DNA from: Candidatus Dojkabacteria bacterium HGW-Dojkabacteria-1
GTDB taxonomy: Bacteria > Patescibacteriota > Dojkabacteria > SC72
Reading direction: 5' to 3'
Length of the DNA: 64,000 nucleotides
NCBI GenBank assembly: GCA_002840365.1
Contig: PHAO01000001.1
Span: 168,647-232,646 of the forward strand
The notes below the pieces were generated by a model. That model saw nothing but the letters and a program-made list of their open reading frames with translations, searched no databases and was not told the DNA's origin. Numbering within the stretch: position 1 is the first letter of the stretch; each line of letters opens with the position of its first letter. Made by a program: the position numbers and the translations under genes. Shown one piece after another: positions 9,494 through 18,846 of the stretch.

Positions 9494-10194
9494 AAAAGAG
9501 CATTGTATTAAAAGTTGGAGGATCAATTCTGTATGATCATTTACTTAATATCAATTTTGAACTCTTTCGAAGAGTAAAACTTTGGTACTGGGATGCAAAG
9601 AAAGAATATGAGAATATTGTTCTTGTAACAGGTGGGGGTGGCATATCCAGAAATATGCAGGAGAAAGTCTCTGAAAATATTGATGGGGAAGAAGATATTC
9701 ATAATATAGCAATGTCTTTAACACAAACGAATGCAACAATACTTGCTTCATATCTTGAAGATAAGGAAATATTTCTCCCCAAAAAGTTGGGTGATGCATA
9801 TGAATATCTACATATGTCTACAGGAAAATATATGGTAAGTGGTGGTTTGAAGGTAGGATGGAGTACAGATATGGATGCTGCGGTATTTGCAGATATATTA
9901 GGTGCAGACAGGGTGTTTAAAATATCAAATGTAGATGCAATATATGACAAAGATCCAAAAGAATACTTTGAAGCAAAACCTATAAGGGATATGTCTTGGG
10001 AAGAGTATTTTCAGATGTTTTCAATATTTCCAGGGCAAACACATACCCCAAATTCCCATATGCCAGTAGACTCACAATGCTCAATGTATTGTGAAAAGAA
10101 AGGTCTCTCATTTCATATAACTGGTGGGAAGCTATTAGATGAAAAACAAGATATAAAGGAAATCCTAAACGAGGGAACCTTTGTTCATCCGTAA
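9490..10194 (+). CDS. pyrH: amino-acid-kinase family protein, archaeal-type UMP kinase-like
   Basis: KVGGSIL N-terminus, LVTGGGG, and GGLKVGWSTDMDAAVFADILGADRVFKISNVDAIYDKDPK matching the archaeal UMPK block (GGTHPGHTTD...VDGVY..DP). Confidence 0.6.
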   Translation: MKKSIVLKVGGSILYDHLLNINFELFRRVKLWYWDAKKEYENIVLVTGGGGISRNMQEKVSENIDGEEDIHNIAMSLTQTNATILASYLEDKEIFLPKKLGDAYEYLHMSTGKYMVSGGLKVGWSTDMDAAVFADILGADRVFKISNVDAIYDKDPKEYFEAKPIRDMSWEEYFQMFSIFPGQTHTPNSHMPVDSQCSMYCEKKGLSFHITGGKLLDEKQDIKEILNEGTFVHP

Positions 10195-10196
10195 AT

Positions 10197-10667
10197 CTAC
10201 TCAATAGTAAGGATTGTACAGGCTGTTTCTCCAGCTGGAGTCTCTATAGACAATTTTGCACCCTTCTTCTTTCCCATAAGAGAGCTACCAATAGGGGATT
10301 TGTAAGAGATTTTCAGCTCTAGTGGGTTTGCCTCATTTATACCTACAATATCAAAAGTTTTTAATTGACCGCCCTGACACTCTATCGTTACCTTACTGCC
10401 TATATCTACAACATTTGTTTTCTTCTCTGTTACAATTTCTGATGTTTCTAATGTCTTTCGTATCTCAAGAATCTTCTCTTCGTTGTTTTGAAAATCTTCT
10501 ACAGCAAGAGAGTATCCATCGTTCTCTCTAAGGTCACCCTGCTTTCTCATTTGATTAAGTGTTTCTTGTAATTTTGTTCTAACCTTTCCTTCTCTTTTTT
10601 CTAGTTCTTTTTGAAGCTTTCTGTAACCTTCTTTTGTGAGCAGTACTTTATGTTTGTTAACTGCCAT
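10197..10667 (-). CDS. greA: transcription elongation factor GreA
   Basis: 156 aa. N-terminal coiled-coil (LTKEGYRKLQKELE...LRENDGY) and C-terminal FKBP-like domain (GSKVTIECQGGQLKTFDIVG). Confidence 0.85.
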   Translation of the reverse strand: MAVNKHKVLLTKEGYRKLQKELEKREGKVRTKLQETLNQMRKQGDLRENDGYSLAVEDFQNNEEKILEIRKTLETSEIVTEKKTNVVDIGSKVTIECQGGQLKTFDIVGINEANPLELKISYKSPIGSSLMGKKKGAKLSIETPAGETACTILTIE

Positions 10668-10781
10668 CTTAATGAATATATAAGTTATATTCGTGCAATC
10701 ATATTACCAATTATCCCCTTTGTCAATGAATTTTTTACATCAAAAAATATGGGTAAAAAGAAAGACCAAAAGCCATTTTTG

Positions 10782-10790
10782 TGGTAAAAT
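10782..10790 (+). promoter_or_regulatory. extended -10 element (TGgTAAAAT) positioned ~7 nt upstream of the tRNA-Glu 5' end
   Basis: tggtaaaat at 10782-10790; the tRNA starts at 10803. Confidence 0.4.
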
Positions 10791-10802
10791 GCTAGCCAAT
10801 AT

Positions 10803-10877
10803 GCCGCTATCGTCTAACGGTTAGGACACATGATTCTCAATCATGTAATCGGGGTTCGATTCCCCGTAGCGGTACCA
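10803..10877 (+). tRNA. tRNA-Glu (anticodon CUC), CCA encoded
   Basis: Cloverleaf fits: acceptor gccgcta/tagcggt (G1-U72 wobble), anticodon arm catga-TTCTCAA-tcatg, T-arm cgggg-ttcgatt-ccccg, discriminator A + CCA. Confidence 0.8.
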
Positions 10878-10886
10878 ATGACAAAT

Positions 10887-11564
10887 ATGATAAAGTTCGA
10901 TTTAATAACAATATTTCCTGATTCTTTACAAGCATATCTTGATAGCAGTATTTTGAAAAGAGCTCAAGAAAAAGGATTAGTAGAGATAAAGGTACACAAT
11001 CTAAGAGATTGGAGTAGTAGTAAACATAGAACTGTTGATGATACTCCATATGGAGGAGGTCCAGGTATGGTTTTCATGGTAGAGCCAATATACAATGCCC
11101 TTTGCGAATTAAGAAAAGAGAATACAAAGGTTTTCCTTACATCCCCAAAAGGTAAGAAGTTAGTACAGAGTACATTTGTAGAGCTATCTAATGATATCAA
11201 TGCTCACTACATTATTCTTTGTGGTCACTATGAAGGTTTTGATCAGAGGGTACATGACCATCTTGTAGATTATGAATTTTCAATAGGGGACTATGTTCTT
11301 TCTGGTGGAGAGCTGCCAGCTTTGGTATTAGTAGATGGAATTACAAGATTAATACCAGGTGTACTTGGAAATGAGCAATCCCTTGATATGGAGTCATTTA
11401 CTAATGATACGTTAGATTTCCCTCAATATACAAAACCATCAGAGTTTAATGGATGGAGTGTTCCTGAAGTTTTACTCTCTGGAAATCACAAGGAGATACA
11501 GAAATGGAGAGAGGAAAACTCAATACTAGAAACAAAAAACAAGAGACCAGATTTGAGCAAATAG
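10887..11564 (+). CDS. trmD: tRNA (guanine37-N1)-methyltransferase
   Basis: MIKFDLITIFPDSL...TPYGGGPGMV...SGGELPALVLVDG. The ORF-track start at 10830 overlaps the tRNA; 10887 (or 10878) is the plausible start. Confidence 0.9.
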   Translation: MIKFDLITIFPDSLQAYLDSSILKRAQEKGLVEIKVHNLRDWSSSKHRTVDDTPYGGGPGMVFMVEPIYNALCELRKENTKVFLTSPKGKKLVQSTFVELSNDINAHYIILCGHYEGFDQRVHDHLVDYEFSIGDYVLSGGELPALVLVDGITRLIPGVLGNEQSLDMESFTNDTLDFPQYTKPSEFNGWSVPEVLLSGNHKEIQKWREENSILETKNKRPDLSK

Positions 11565-11631
11565 TTTGACCTTGTTTAGATTGTCTAAATATTCTACAAT
11601 CATATTAGAAATATTTGAGTCTATCACCCTC

Positions 11632-12102
11632 ATGAAGAAAGAAACATACAGGATAACTGAGGAGAAAAAATTTGAGTTAATTGAAGAACTTAACAAGTTA
11701 CAGAACGAAGTTTTGAAACAAATAGCTGACAGACTTGAAGAAACGAGAAAAGAAGATTTAAGTGAAGATGATATACAGCTTGGAGAGATACTTGAAGAAA
11801 AAGAGGTGGTTGAAAGAAGAATAGATGAGATAAGTGATATTCTGGATAATTGTGAAATTATTATAGACAAAGATTACTGCGAACCCTTCACTGTTAATTT
11901 AGGTTCAACTGTAAAATTAAAGCAAGGTCGAAGAATATTTGATGTTAAATTAGTTTCCTCTCTTGAGGCTGATCCTGAAAAGAATTATATCTCTGACAAA
12001 TCTCCACTAGGGAAAGTATTGTTAAAGTCCAAATCAGGAGATATAGTAAATGTAAAGATAAGGGGAAATGTTACTGAATACAAGATCCTAGACGTATGTT
12101 AA
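11632..12102 (+). CDS. GreA/Gfh-family transcription factor paralog (start probably at MKKETYRITEEKKFEL)
   Basis: Coiled-coil N-terminus plus an FKBP-like C-terminus (TVNLGSTVKL...DVKLVSSLEADPEKNYISDKSPLGKVLLKSKSGDIVNV) typical of the Gre family. Confidence 0.6.
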   Translation: MKKETYRITEEKKFELIEELNKLQNEVLKQIADRLEETRKEDLSEDDIQLGEILEEKEVVERRIDEISDILDNCEIIIDKDYCEPFTVNLGSTVKLKQGRRIFDVKLVSSLEADPEKNYISDKSPLGKVLLKSKSGDIVNVKIRGNVTEYKILDVC

Positions 12103-12117
12103 TCTCTTTTGTTCGAC

Positions 12118-12158
12118 CGTAAAGAGGGGCATCCGTGGAGGGTCGGGTGCCCCTTTTT
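12118..12158. terminator. bidirectional terminator between the GreA paralog (+) and glyQS (-)
   Basis: ggggcatccg-tggagggt-cgggtgcccc followed by TTTTT. Confidence 0.6.
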
Positions 12159-12159
12159 G

Positions 12160-13452
12160 CTAACTAAGAATACTATCTAAGTCTTCAATATTGACCCTCT
12201 TCTGTTCCATTGTATCCCTATCTCTCACTGTTACACTATTGTTTTCTAATGTTTCGTAATCTATGGTTATACAGTAAGGTGTACCAATCTCATCTTGATA
12301 CCTATACCTTTTACCAATATTTCCTCTATCATCCCAAACAACTTTGTGTTTGTCAGAGAGTAAATCGAAGACCTCTCTAGCCTTTTTAGAGATATCTTCT
12401 TTGTTACCAACCAGTGGAAAGACTGCGGCCTTGTATGCAGCAATTTCAGGATGTATCTTAAGAACAGTTCTAATGTTTCCATCTCCTAAATCTTCCTCCT
12501 CATATGCATCAAAGAGTAACATTAGAAGAGTCCTATCTACACCACCTGAGGTCTCTACTATCCATGGAATATATTTCTCTCCGGTTTTTGGATCTGTATA
12601 TTTTAATTCTTTACCACTAAACTTACTATGCTGAGTTAGATCATAGTCACTTCTCCAATGTATACCCTCATTTTCTGCCCATCCCCATGGTGAAAGATAC
12701 TCGACATCAAAAGCTTTCTTTGCATAGAAGACAAGTTTGTCTTGAGGATGTTCGTAGAATCTGAGATTTTCTTGTTTTCTGTAAAGCTCTTTGTAGAATT
12801 TCATTCTTTCTTCTTTCCAATATTCAAACCACTTTTCCATATCATCAGGATGTACAAAGAACTGCAAATCCCACTGTTCAAACTCTCTACTTCTAAAGGT
12901 TAGCTTACCAGGAGTAACCTCATTTCTAAAAGCTTTACCAATCTGAGCAATACCAAAAGGAATTTGCTGTCTAGTGGAATCAACTACATTCATAAAGTCA
13001 AGGTATATGGTTTGACATGCTTCCCCTCTAAGATATGCATCCATTTTCTCTCCTTCAACAACACCTACCTCTGTTTTAAACAACATATTGTACTTTCTTG
13101 AATCTGTGAATTCTGTACTCCCACATTTTGGACATTTCTCTTGAATATCTTCTGGCCTAAATCTTTGATGACACTTCTTACATTCAACTACCTCATCAGA
13201 AAATCCTTGTACATGTCCAGAAGCTTCCCATACCTTAGGATGTGTGATAATGGTTCCATCAATACCTACAACATTTTCCCTTTTGTCTACCATATTTTTC
13301 CACCAATATCTTTTGAGATTGTTTTTCATCTCTACTCCTACGGGACCATAGTCATAGAAGCCTCCAATTCCCCCATATATTTCAGAATTTGGAAAAATTA
13401 TTCCTCTTCTTTTTGCTAAAGCCGTAATCTTTTGGAGTAAATCTTGTGACAT
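12160..13452 (-). CDS. glyQS: glycine--tRNA ligase (dimeric class II type)
   Basis: MSQDLLQKITALAKRRGIIFPNSEIYGGIGGFYDYGPVGVEMKNNLKRYWW; 430 aa. Confidence 0.9.
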   Translation of the reverse strand: MSQDLLQKITALAKRRGIIFPNSEIYGGIGGFYDYGPVGVEMKNNLKRYWWKNMVDKRENVVGIDGTIITHPKVWEASGHVQGFSDEVVECKKCHQRFRPEDIQEKCPKCGSTEFTDSRKYNMLFKTEVGVVEGEKMDAYLRGEACQTIYLDFMNVVDSTRQQIPFGIAQIGKAFRNEVTPGKLTFRSREFEQWDLQFFVHPDDMEKWFEYWKEERMKFYKELYRKQENLRFYEHPQDKLVFYAKKAFDVEYLSPWGWAENEGIHWRSDYDLTQHSKFSGKELKYTDPKTGEKYIPWIVETSGGVDRTLLMLLFDAYEEEDLGDGNIRTVLKIHPEIAAYKAAVFPLVGNKEDISKKAREVFDLLSDKHKVVWDDRGNIGKRYRYQDEIGTPYCITIDYETLENNSVTVRDRDTMEQKRVNIEDLDSILS

Positions 13453-13532
13453 ATCTTAATATTTATTATTTAAACGCCCAATTATACTATATTCTTTACC
13501 CATTAAGAAAATTTCTGCTATATTATATATAA

Positions 13533-14393
13533 ATGGAAAAGGGAAATATTACAAAACTTGTCCTCTTTGTAGATGTACAGCTTGCAATACTACTAGGTTT
13601 AGTAATATTCTTTGGTCTTTCAAATCTTAATACACAAAAAATTACAGACCAAGATGTACTTGGTGTAGATACTGCAGAGGCAAGTGGTGACTTCTCTGTA
13701 TCAGTTTGTTTAAGAGATGACTGTATATATATTCCTAATACTGCAGTAAGCAAAGAGGGAAGTATAGATGAGGGAATGGTATATCAAGAAGTTTTAGACA
13801 AAGTAGTATCACACTTTGAACGTACCTATGGTGGTAAATCTTTGGCAGCTAATGGTAATGGTTCCTTTGTATATTGGAAAGAGGATATTAGGCCTGATTT
13901 AACAAATATTTTCAAAGAGGTATATGTATCTTTTCTCTCTGGTTTAGATACAAATGTTGATATTGAAATGAAGGATATGCCAAGCACTGATGGTAAATAT
14001 GCAACTAAATATATTGAGGTAGATAACTCAAGACAAAAGTTGTATGTATGGCGAAATGGTCAGGTTGAAAGAGAGATCCTTCTGTCTGGTCCCAAAGAAG
14101 GGTATGAAGTATATGGAGTATTTCCAATCGTGGATAAAGGGTTGAATCCTAAAGCTCCAACAGGTTCATATATGCCATATTGGATGGCATTTCACTATGC
14201 AGGAGGACAGGAATCTTGGTATGGTCTACATGGACTAATATGGTGGTATGATTCTAATGGAAGAGCAATATATGAACCGGAGAGTAATATCGGTGTAAGA
14301 AGAAGTGGTGGGTGTATAAGGATGGTGGAGGAAGATGCCAAGTACTTGTATGAGAATTTTGACAAGGGAGATTTAATACTCATACATGAGTAA
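13533..14393 (+). CDS. L,D-transpeptidase (YkuD/ErfK family), membrane anchored
   Basis: N-terminal TM helix; catalytic block ...YGLHGL...GVRRSGGCIRM (His/Cys motif). Confidence 0.75.
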   Translation: MEKGNITKLVLFVDVQLAILLGLVIFFGLSNLNTQKITDQDVLGVDTAEASGDFSVSVCLRDDCIYIPNTAVSKEGSIDEGMVYQEVLDKVVSHFERTYGGKSLAANGNGSFVYWKEDIRPDLTNIFKEVYVSFLSGLDTNVDIEMKDMPSTDGKYATKYIEVDNSRQKLYVWRNGQVEREILLSGPKEGYEVYGVFPIVDKGLNPKAPTGSYMPYWMAFHYAGGQESWYGLHGLIWWYDSNGRAIYEPESNIGVRRSGGCIRMVEEDAKYLYENFDKGDLILIHE

Positions 14394-14464
14394 TACACAA
14401 AAACCTTTTTCTTTCCCCTTTGTATTGATATAATCGCAATATATTAAATTGTATTTTACTCCTC

Positions 14465-16015
14465 ATGGAAGAGTCCCAAAGAAGTGACTTAGTCGGACAA
14501 AGAAAAGTAAGATTAGAGAAAATAGAGAAACTTAAGAAGTTAGGTATAAATGCATATCCTGCAAAATCCAATAGGGAGTATGAAATAGGGAAAGTTTTAA
14601 ATGAATTTGATTCCTTTGATGGTAAGCAAGTATGTCTTGCTGGAAGAGTTATGGCATGGAGAACACATGGTAAATTACTCTTCTTAGATATTAAAGATCA
14701 AACTGGAACAATACAGGTCATGGTAAAGAAGGATTCTTTGGAGGGAGATTTAAAGAAGGAGTATTTAGATTGGGATAACTTAGAGCTTCTAGATTTAGCA
14801 GATTTTGTAGAAGTAGTGGGAGAGATTGGAAAAAGTAAAACAGGTCAAATTAGTATATTTACTAAAAAGATAAGGTTACTTACAAAATCTCTTCGCCCTA
14901 TTCCACGCAAATTAAATAGTAAAGAACAAATATTCAGAAGAAGATATCTAGATTTGATAATTAATGAAGATAGGGTAAGAATGTTTGAGAGAAAAGCAAA
15001 GTTCTGGGAAGTACAAAGAGAATTTCTTAAAAAAGAAGGCTTTATAGAAGTTGAAGTACCTATATTAGAGCCTGTAACAGGAGGGGCAGATGCTAAGCCA
15101 TTCATTACTCATCATAACGCTCTAGATCAAGATTTCTTCTTAAGAATCTCTACAGAGTTGTATCAGAAGAGATTAATAGGGGGAGGGTATGAGAAAGTAT
15201 ATACATTAGGACCAAACTTTAGAAACGAAGGAATGGATGACGAACATCTACAAGAGTATTATCAATTAGAGTGGTACTGGGCATATGCCAACTTTAGAGA
15301 CAATATGGATTTAGTTAAGAGAATATTTTTAGAGATTGCAGAGAAGGTATATGGAAATACTAAATTCACTACAAGAGGTCACACCTTTGATTTAGCAGAC
15401 GATTGGAAAGAAATAGATTACACACAGGTAATTAAAGATACTTTTGATGTAGATATCTTTAATGACAGTGATGAGAAGATATTAGAAGTTGTAAAGAAAA
15501 ACAATATTGAATTAGATGGGGATATTAACAGGAATAGGTTAATTGATAATCTATGGAAAGTTATTAGAGCAGGTATATCAGGACCAGCATTTTTAATTAA
15601 TCAACCAAAATTCATTTCTCCTTTAGCAAAATCTCATGCAGAGAATCCAGAATTAACAGAAAGATTTCAAGTTATCATAGCAGGAAGTGAACTAGGAAAT
15701 GGTTACTCCGAGATAAATGATCCAGTAGACCAATTAGAAAGATTCCTTGAACAACAAGATTTAAGAGACTCTGGAGATGATGAGGCACAAATGTTAGATA
15801 TAGACTTTGTAGAAATGTTGGAGTATGGTATGCCTCCTACAAGTGGATATGGTCAAAGTGAAAGAATATTCTGGTTTTTGGAAGATGTATCTGGTAGAGA
15901 AGGTACATTCTTCCCACAGATGAGAGTAGAAATTGATAGTACTACTAAAAAGGTTTACAAAGAGAAGTTGGCTAAATATCTCACACCAAAGAAAAAAGTA
16001 GTTTCTAAAAAGTAG
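14465..16015 (+). CDS. lysS: lysine--tRNA ligase (class II) with K-rich C-terminal tail
   Basis: OB-fold N-terminus, class II motifs (FRNEGMDDEHLQEYYQLEWYWAY, GGADAKPF); 516 aa. Confidence 0.9.
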   Translation: MEESQRSDLVGQRKVRLEKIEKLKKLGINAYPAKSNREYEIGKVLNEFDSFDGKQVCLAGRVMAWRTHGKLLFLDIKDQTGTIQVMVKKDSLEGDLKKEYLDWDNLELLDLADFVEVVGEIGKSKTGQISIFTKKIRLLTKSLRPIPRKLNSKEQIFRRRYLDLIINEDRVRMFERKAKFWEVQREFLKKEGFIEVEVPILEPVTGGADAKPFITHHNALDQDFFLRISTELYQKRLIGGGYEKVYTLGPNFRNEGMDDEHLQEYYQLEWYWAYANFRDNMDLVKRIFLEIAEKVYGNTKFTTRGHTFDLADDWKEIDYTQVIKDTFDVDIFNDSDEKILEVVKKNNIELDGDINRNRLIDNLWKVIRAGISGPAFLINQPKFISPLAKSHAENPELTERFQVIIAGSELGNGYSEINDPVDQLERFLEQQDLRDSGDDEAQMLDIDFVEMLEYGMPPTSGYGQSERIFWFLEDVSGREGTFFPQMRVEIDSTTKKVYKEKLAKYLTPKKKVVSKK

Positions 16016-16050
16016 ATCTTTCCTTGATATAAATTCTTTTTTGAGAATAG

Positions 16051-16410
16051 GTGGACTCTATCAAAGACATATTAAAAAATCTCAATCAAGAAGAAAAAGG
16101 AGACGAACCACAGGGTGAACTTTTTGATACATCATCTCTTTCCAAGAGAAAGGTAGTCATAAATGATAAGCATAAGTATATATCCAAGGAGTATCAATTC
16201 TATGGTTTGAGACTTGCAGGTAAGTTGGGGGACAGTAAAAGAGTAACTATGTATATTAAATGGGCAAAAGAAAAACCCAGAGCAATACTCGAGCAAGCGT
16301 ACAGTTTCGCTATTGATTACCCAAGTGCAAAAGATAGAAGTCGTATCTTTATGTGGAAAGTAAAAGAACTAGAGAATGAATACAAAGCTAAGAAGAAAGA
16401 GAACTCTTAA
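16051..16410 (+). CDS. hypothetical protein (119 aa, basic)
   Basis: No recognisable motif; 3' end overlaps nrnA 3' end. Confidence 0.45.
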   Translation: MDSIKDILKNLNQEEKGDEPQGELFDTSSLSKRKVVINDKHKYISKEYQFYGLRLAGKLGDSKRVTMYIKWAKEKPRAILEQAYSFAIDYPSAKDRSRIFMWKVKELENEYKAKKKENS

Positions 16411-17386
16411 TGGCATCTAACACAATACTCACAGCTTCTTTTGCATCTACTGCCTCTACTCTTGCAGCAGCAGAATACTCATGTCCACCACCACCAAGTA
16501 ATTCTGCAATCTTGTCTACTTTCTGATATCCCTTTGTACCCCTGAAAGATATTTGCCAGATATTTTCCTTGTAATACGAAGGCTTCACTACAAATCCCCA
16601 ATGTACACCCTGTATATGTCTGATAATCCTGTCTCTTACATGTTGCTGTGCATTATTGACCGCTGTTTTAGTTAACTCATATTTCTCTATCTGTTTTTTG
16701 GTAATATATGTATATGCCATATCTCCCTCAACTTTCACATTCTTTATATATATCCTCAAAGGTTGTAGTGTCTCATATGGGAATTTACTGTTCTTGTAAG
16801 TAAAGTCCTCAATATCAAGATTAAATACCCTCCTTAATTTCCCCATCATCTCATACGTATTTGGAGTAGCATTCTCATACAAAAATCGACCTGTATCTGA
16901 GATAATTCCAATCTGTCCAAGCTTAGATATTTCTTCTGTAATCTTGTATCTACTTCCCTCAATATCCATACAAAGAGTAAGTACCTGTTCTGTAGCAGAG
17001 CTCATATTGTTGTTTACACTCAAATCTGTCTGCTCTGTAGCAGTATCATGGTGATCGATAATGATTAATTTCGCTGTACTGTTTTGAATACTGTCATGAT
17101 GTGTGACACACATATCCATATTTCCAGAATCAGTCAATATTATTAAATCCTCGTCCCCCATATCCAAATGTTCAACAATTTGAATATCCTGCATAAAAGG
17201 TATATTTTGTGTAGGCATTTGTCTTGCCTTAAATACAACGTTCTTTTTTTTGTAAAAAGTACGAATATATTCTAAAAGTATTAATGCACTACAAAAGGCA
17301 TCAAAGTCCGGTCCCTTGTGAGTAAGTATTAATATATTCTTTGCTTTTGATATTAGTTTCTTTAGTTCCTTGGATTCTTTTTTCAT
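16388..17386 (-). CDS. nrnA: DHH/DHHA1 phosphoesterase, NrnA-like oligoribonuclease/pAp phosphatase
   Basis: DHH motifs (ILTHKGPDFDAF, IIIDHHD) and DHHA1 GGGGHEYSAAARVE. Confidence 0.8.
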   Translation of the reverse strand: MKKESKELKKLISKAKNILILTHKGPDFDAFCSALILLEYIRTFYKKKNVVFKARQMPTQNIPFMQDIQIVEHLDMGDEDLIILTDSGNMDMCVTHHDSIQNSTAKLIIIDHHDTATEQTDLSVNNNMSSATEQVLTLCMDIEGSRYKITEEISKLGQIGIISDTGRFLYENATPNTYEMMGKLRRVFNLDIEDFTYKNSKFPYETLQPLRIYIKNVKVEGDMAYTYITKKQIEKYELTKTAVNNAQQHVRDRIIRHIQGVHWGFVVKPSYYKENIWQISFRGTKGYQKVDKIAELLGGGGHEYSAAARVEAVDAKEAVSIVLDAIKSSLSS

Positions 17387-17569
17387 TAGCGTAAGTATAT
17401 CAGATATTGAATATGCTTGATAATGAATAGTAGGGGTAATATAATCGGAATATGTATATTAAAAGAGTATTTTTTAATTCAAGTTCGATTTTCTCATCTG
17501 TCCACTTAGGTGGACATATATATTTTAAACACAATTAGTAATATCAATTTAAATTAGTAAAAAGAAAAA

Positions 17570-18841
17570 ATGTTAGATATAAAGAAAATAGTAGAAGAAA
17601 AAGATATTGTAGAAAAGGCATTACTTAAAAGAATGAATAAAGAGGAGCTTGATTTAGATATCATCGTAGATTTGTATAACAAGAAGAAAGAAATACTTAA
17701 AGAATTCGAAGAGAAGAGAGCAGGTCAGAACAGTTTTAATACTAAAATGGCACAAGTAGAGAAAGGTTCAGAAGAATTTCTTAAGCTTGTAAAAGAACTT
17801 AAAGAGTTGGCTAATGAGGTAAAAGAGTTAGATGAGAAGCTAAGAAAGATAGAGGAGGAATTAACAGAAAAACTTGAGGTTCTTCCAAATATTCCTGATG
17901 ATGATGTAGTAGCTGGTGGAAAAGAGAGTAATGAGATAGTGAAAACAAGTGGAGAAAAGCCACTCTTTGATTTTGAAATTAAAGATCATGTTCAATTAGG
18001 TGAGGAGCTTCAACTCTTTGATTTTGAAAGAGCATCTAAAATGTCTGGTTCAAACTTCTCAATGTACAAAGGAATGGGAGCAAGATTGGAGTGGGCACTC
18101 ATTAACTACTTTGTTGATGAACATATAAAGGATGGGTATGAGATGATAATACCTCCACATATTGTAGGAGAACAATCTGGTTACTGTGCTGGCCAGCTTC
18201 CAAAATTTAAAAACGATGTATATTGGCTTGAGGATGAAGATCAGTTCTTAATTCCTACTGCTGAGACTGTACTTACGAATATTTATAGAGATGAAATTCT
18301 TAATGAGGAAGATTTACCAAAGAAGTTCTTTGCATATACACCTTGTTACAGAAAAGAGGCAGGTAGTTACAGAGCTAATGAAAGAGGTTTAATTCGTGTT
18401 CATCAGTTTAACAAAGTAGAGATGTACCAATTTGTTAAAGCTCAAGATTCTGAAAAGGCATTAGAGGAGTTAGTTACTAAAGCAGAAAAGCTTGTTGCGG
18501 GATTAGGTCTTCACTATCAAGTAAGCAAATTAGCGGCAGGTGATTGTTCTGCTGGTGCGGCAAAGACATATGATGTCGAGGTATGGCTTCCTGCGATTGG
18601 TCAATACTACGAAGTAAGCTCTATATCCAATGTCCGTGAATATCAATCAAGAAGAGGAAATATGCGTTACAAATCAAAAGAAGATGGTAAGAATATGTTC
18701 GTTCATACTCTTAATGCATCAGGTTTGGCAACAAGTAGACTTATGGTAGCAATCGTAGAAACATATCAACAAAAAGATGGAAGTCTTGTAGTTCCAGAGA
18801 TATTAAGAAAGTATATTGGAGTAGATAAAATTGAGAAGTAG
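17570..18841 (+). CDS. serS: serine--tRNA ligase
   Basis: N-terminal coiled-coil arm plus class II core (FAYTPCYRKEAGSYRANERGLIRVHQFNKVEMYQF; GLATSRLMVAIVE); 423 aa. Confidence 0.9.
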   Translation: MLDIKKIVEEKDIVEKALLKRMNKEELDLDIIVDLYNKKKEILKEFEEKRAGQNSFNTKMAQVEKGSEEFLKLVKELKELANEVKELDEKLRKIEEELTEKLEVLPNIPDDDVVAGGKESNEIVKTSGEKPLFDFEIKDHVQLGEELQLFDFERASKMSGSNFSMYKGMGARLEWALINYFVDEHIKDGYEMIIPPHIVGEQSGYCAGQLPKFKNDVYWLEDEDQFLIPTAETVLTNIYRDEILNEEDLPKKFFAYTPCYRKEAGSYRANERGLIRVHQFNKVEMYQFVKAQDSEKALEELVTKAEKLVAGLGLHYQVSKLAAGDCSAGAAKTYDVEVWLPAIGQYYEVSSISNVREYQSRRGNMRYKSKEDGKNMFVHTLNASGLATSRLMVAIVETYQQKDGSLVVPEILRKYIGVDKIEK

Positions 18842-18846
18842 TAAAT

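Noticed and set aside
10830-10886. ORF-track start of trmD at 10830.
   Set aside because: That extension runs through the tRNA-Glu gene (MILNHVIGVRFPVAVP is the tRNA read as protein). The conserved TrmD N-terminus begins at MIKFDL (10887).
17387-17569. T-box leader upstream of serS.
   Set aside because: Only ~180 nt separate the divergent genes, and the 5' UTR after the palindrome is ~50 nt. That is too short for the specifier/antiterminator architecture, and no T-box consensus (AATTAGGGTGGNACCGCG) is present.
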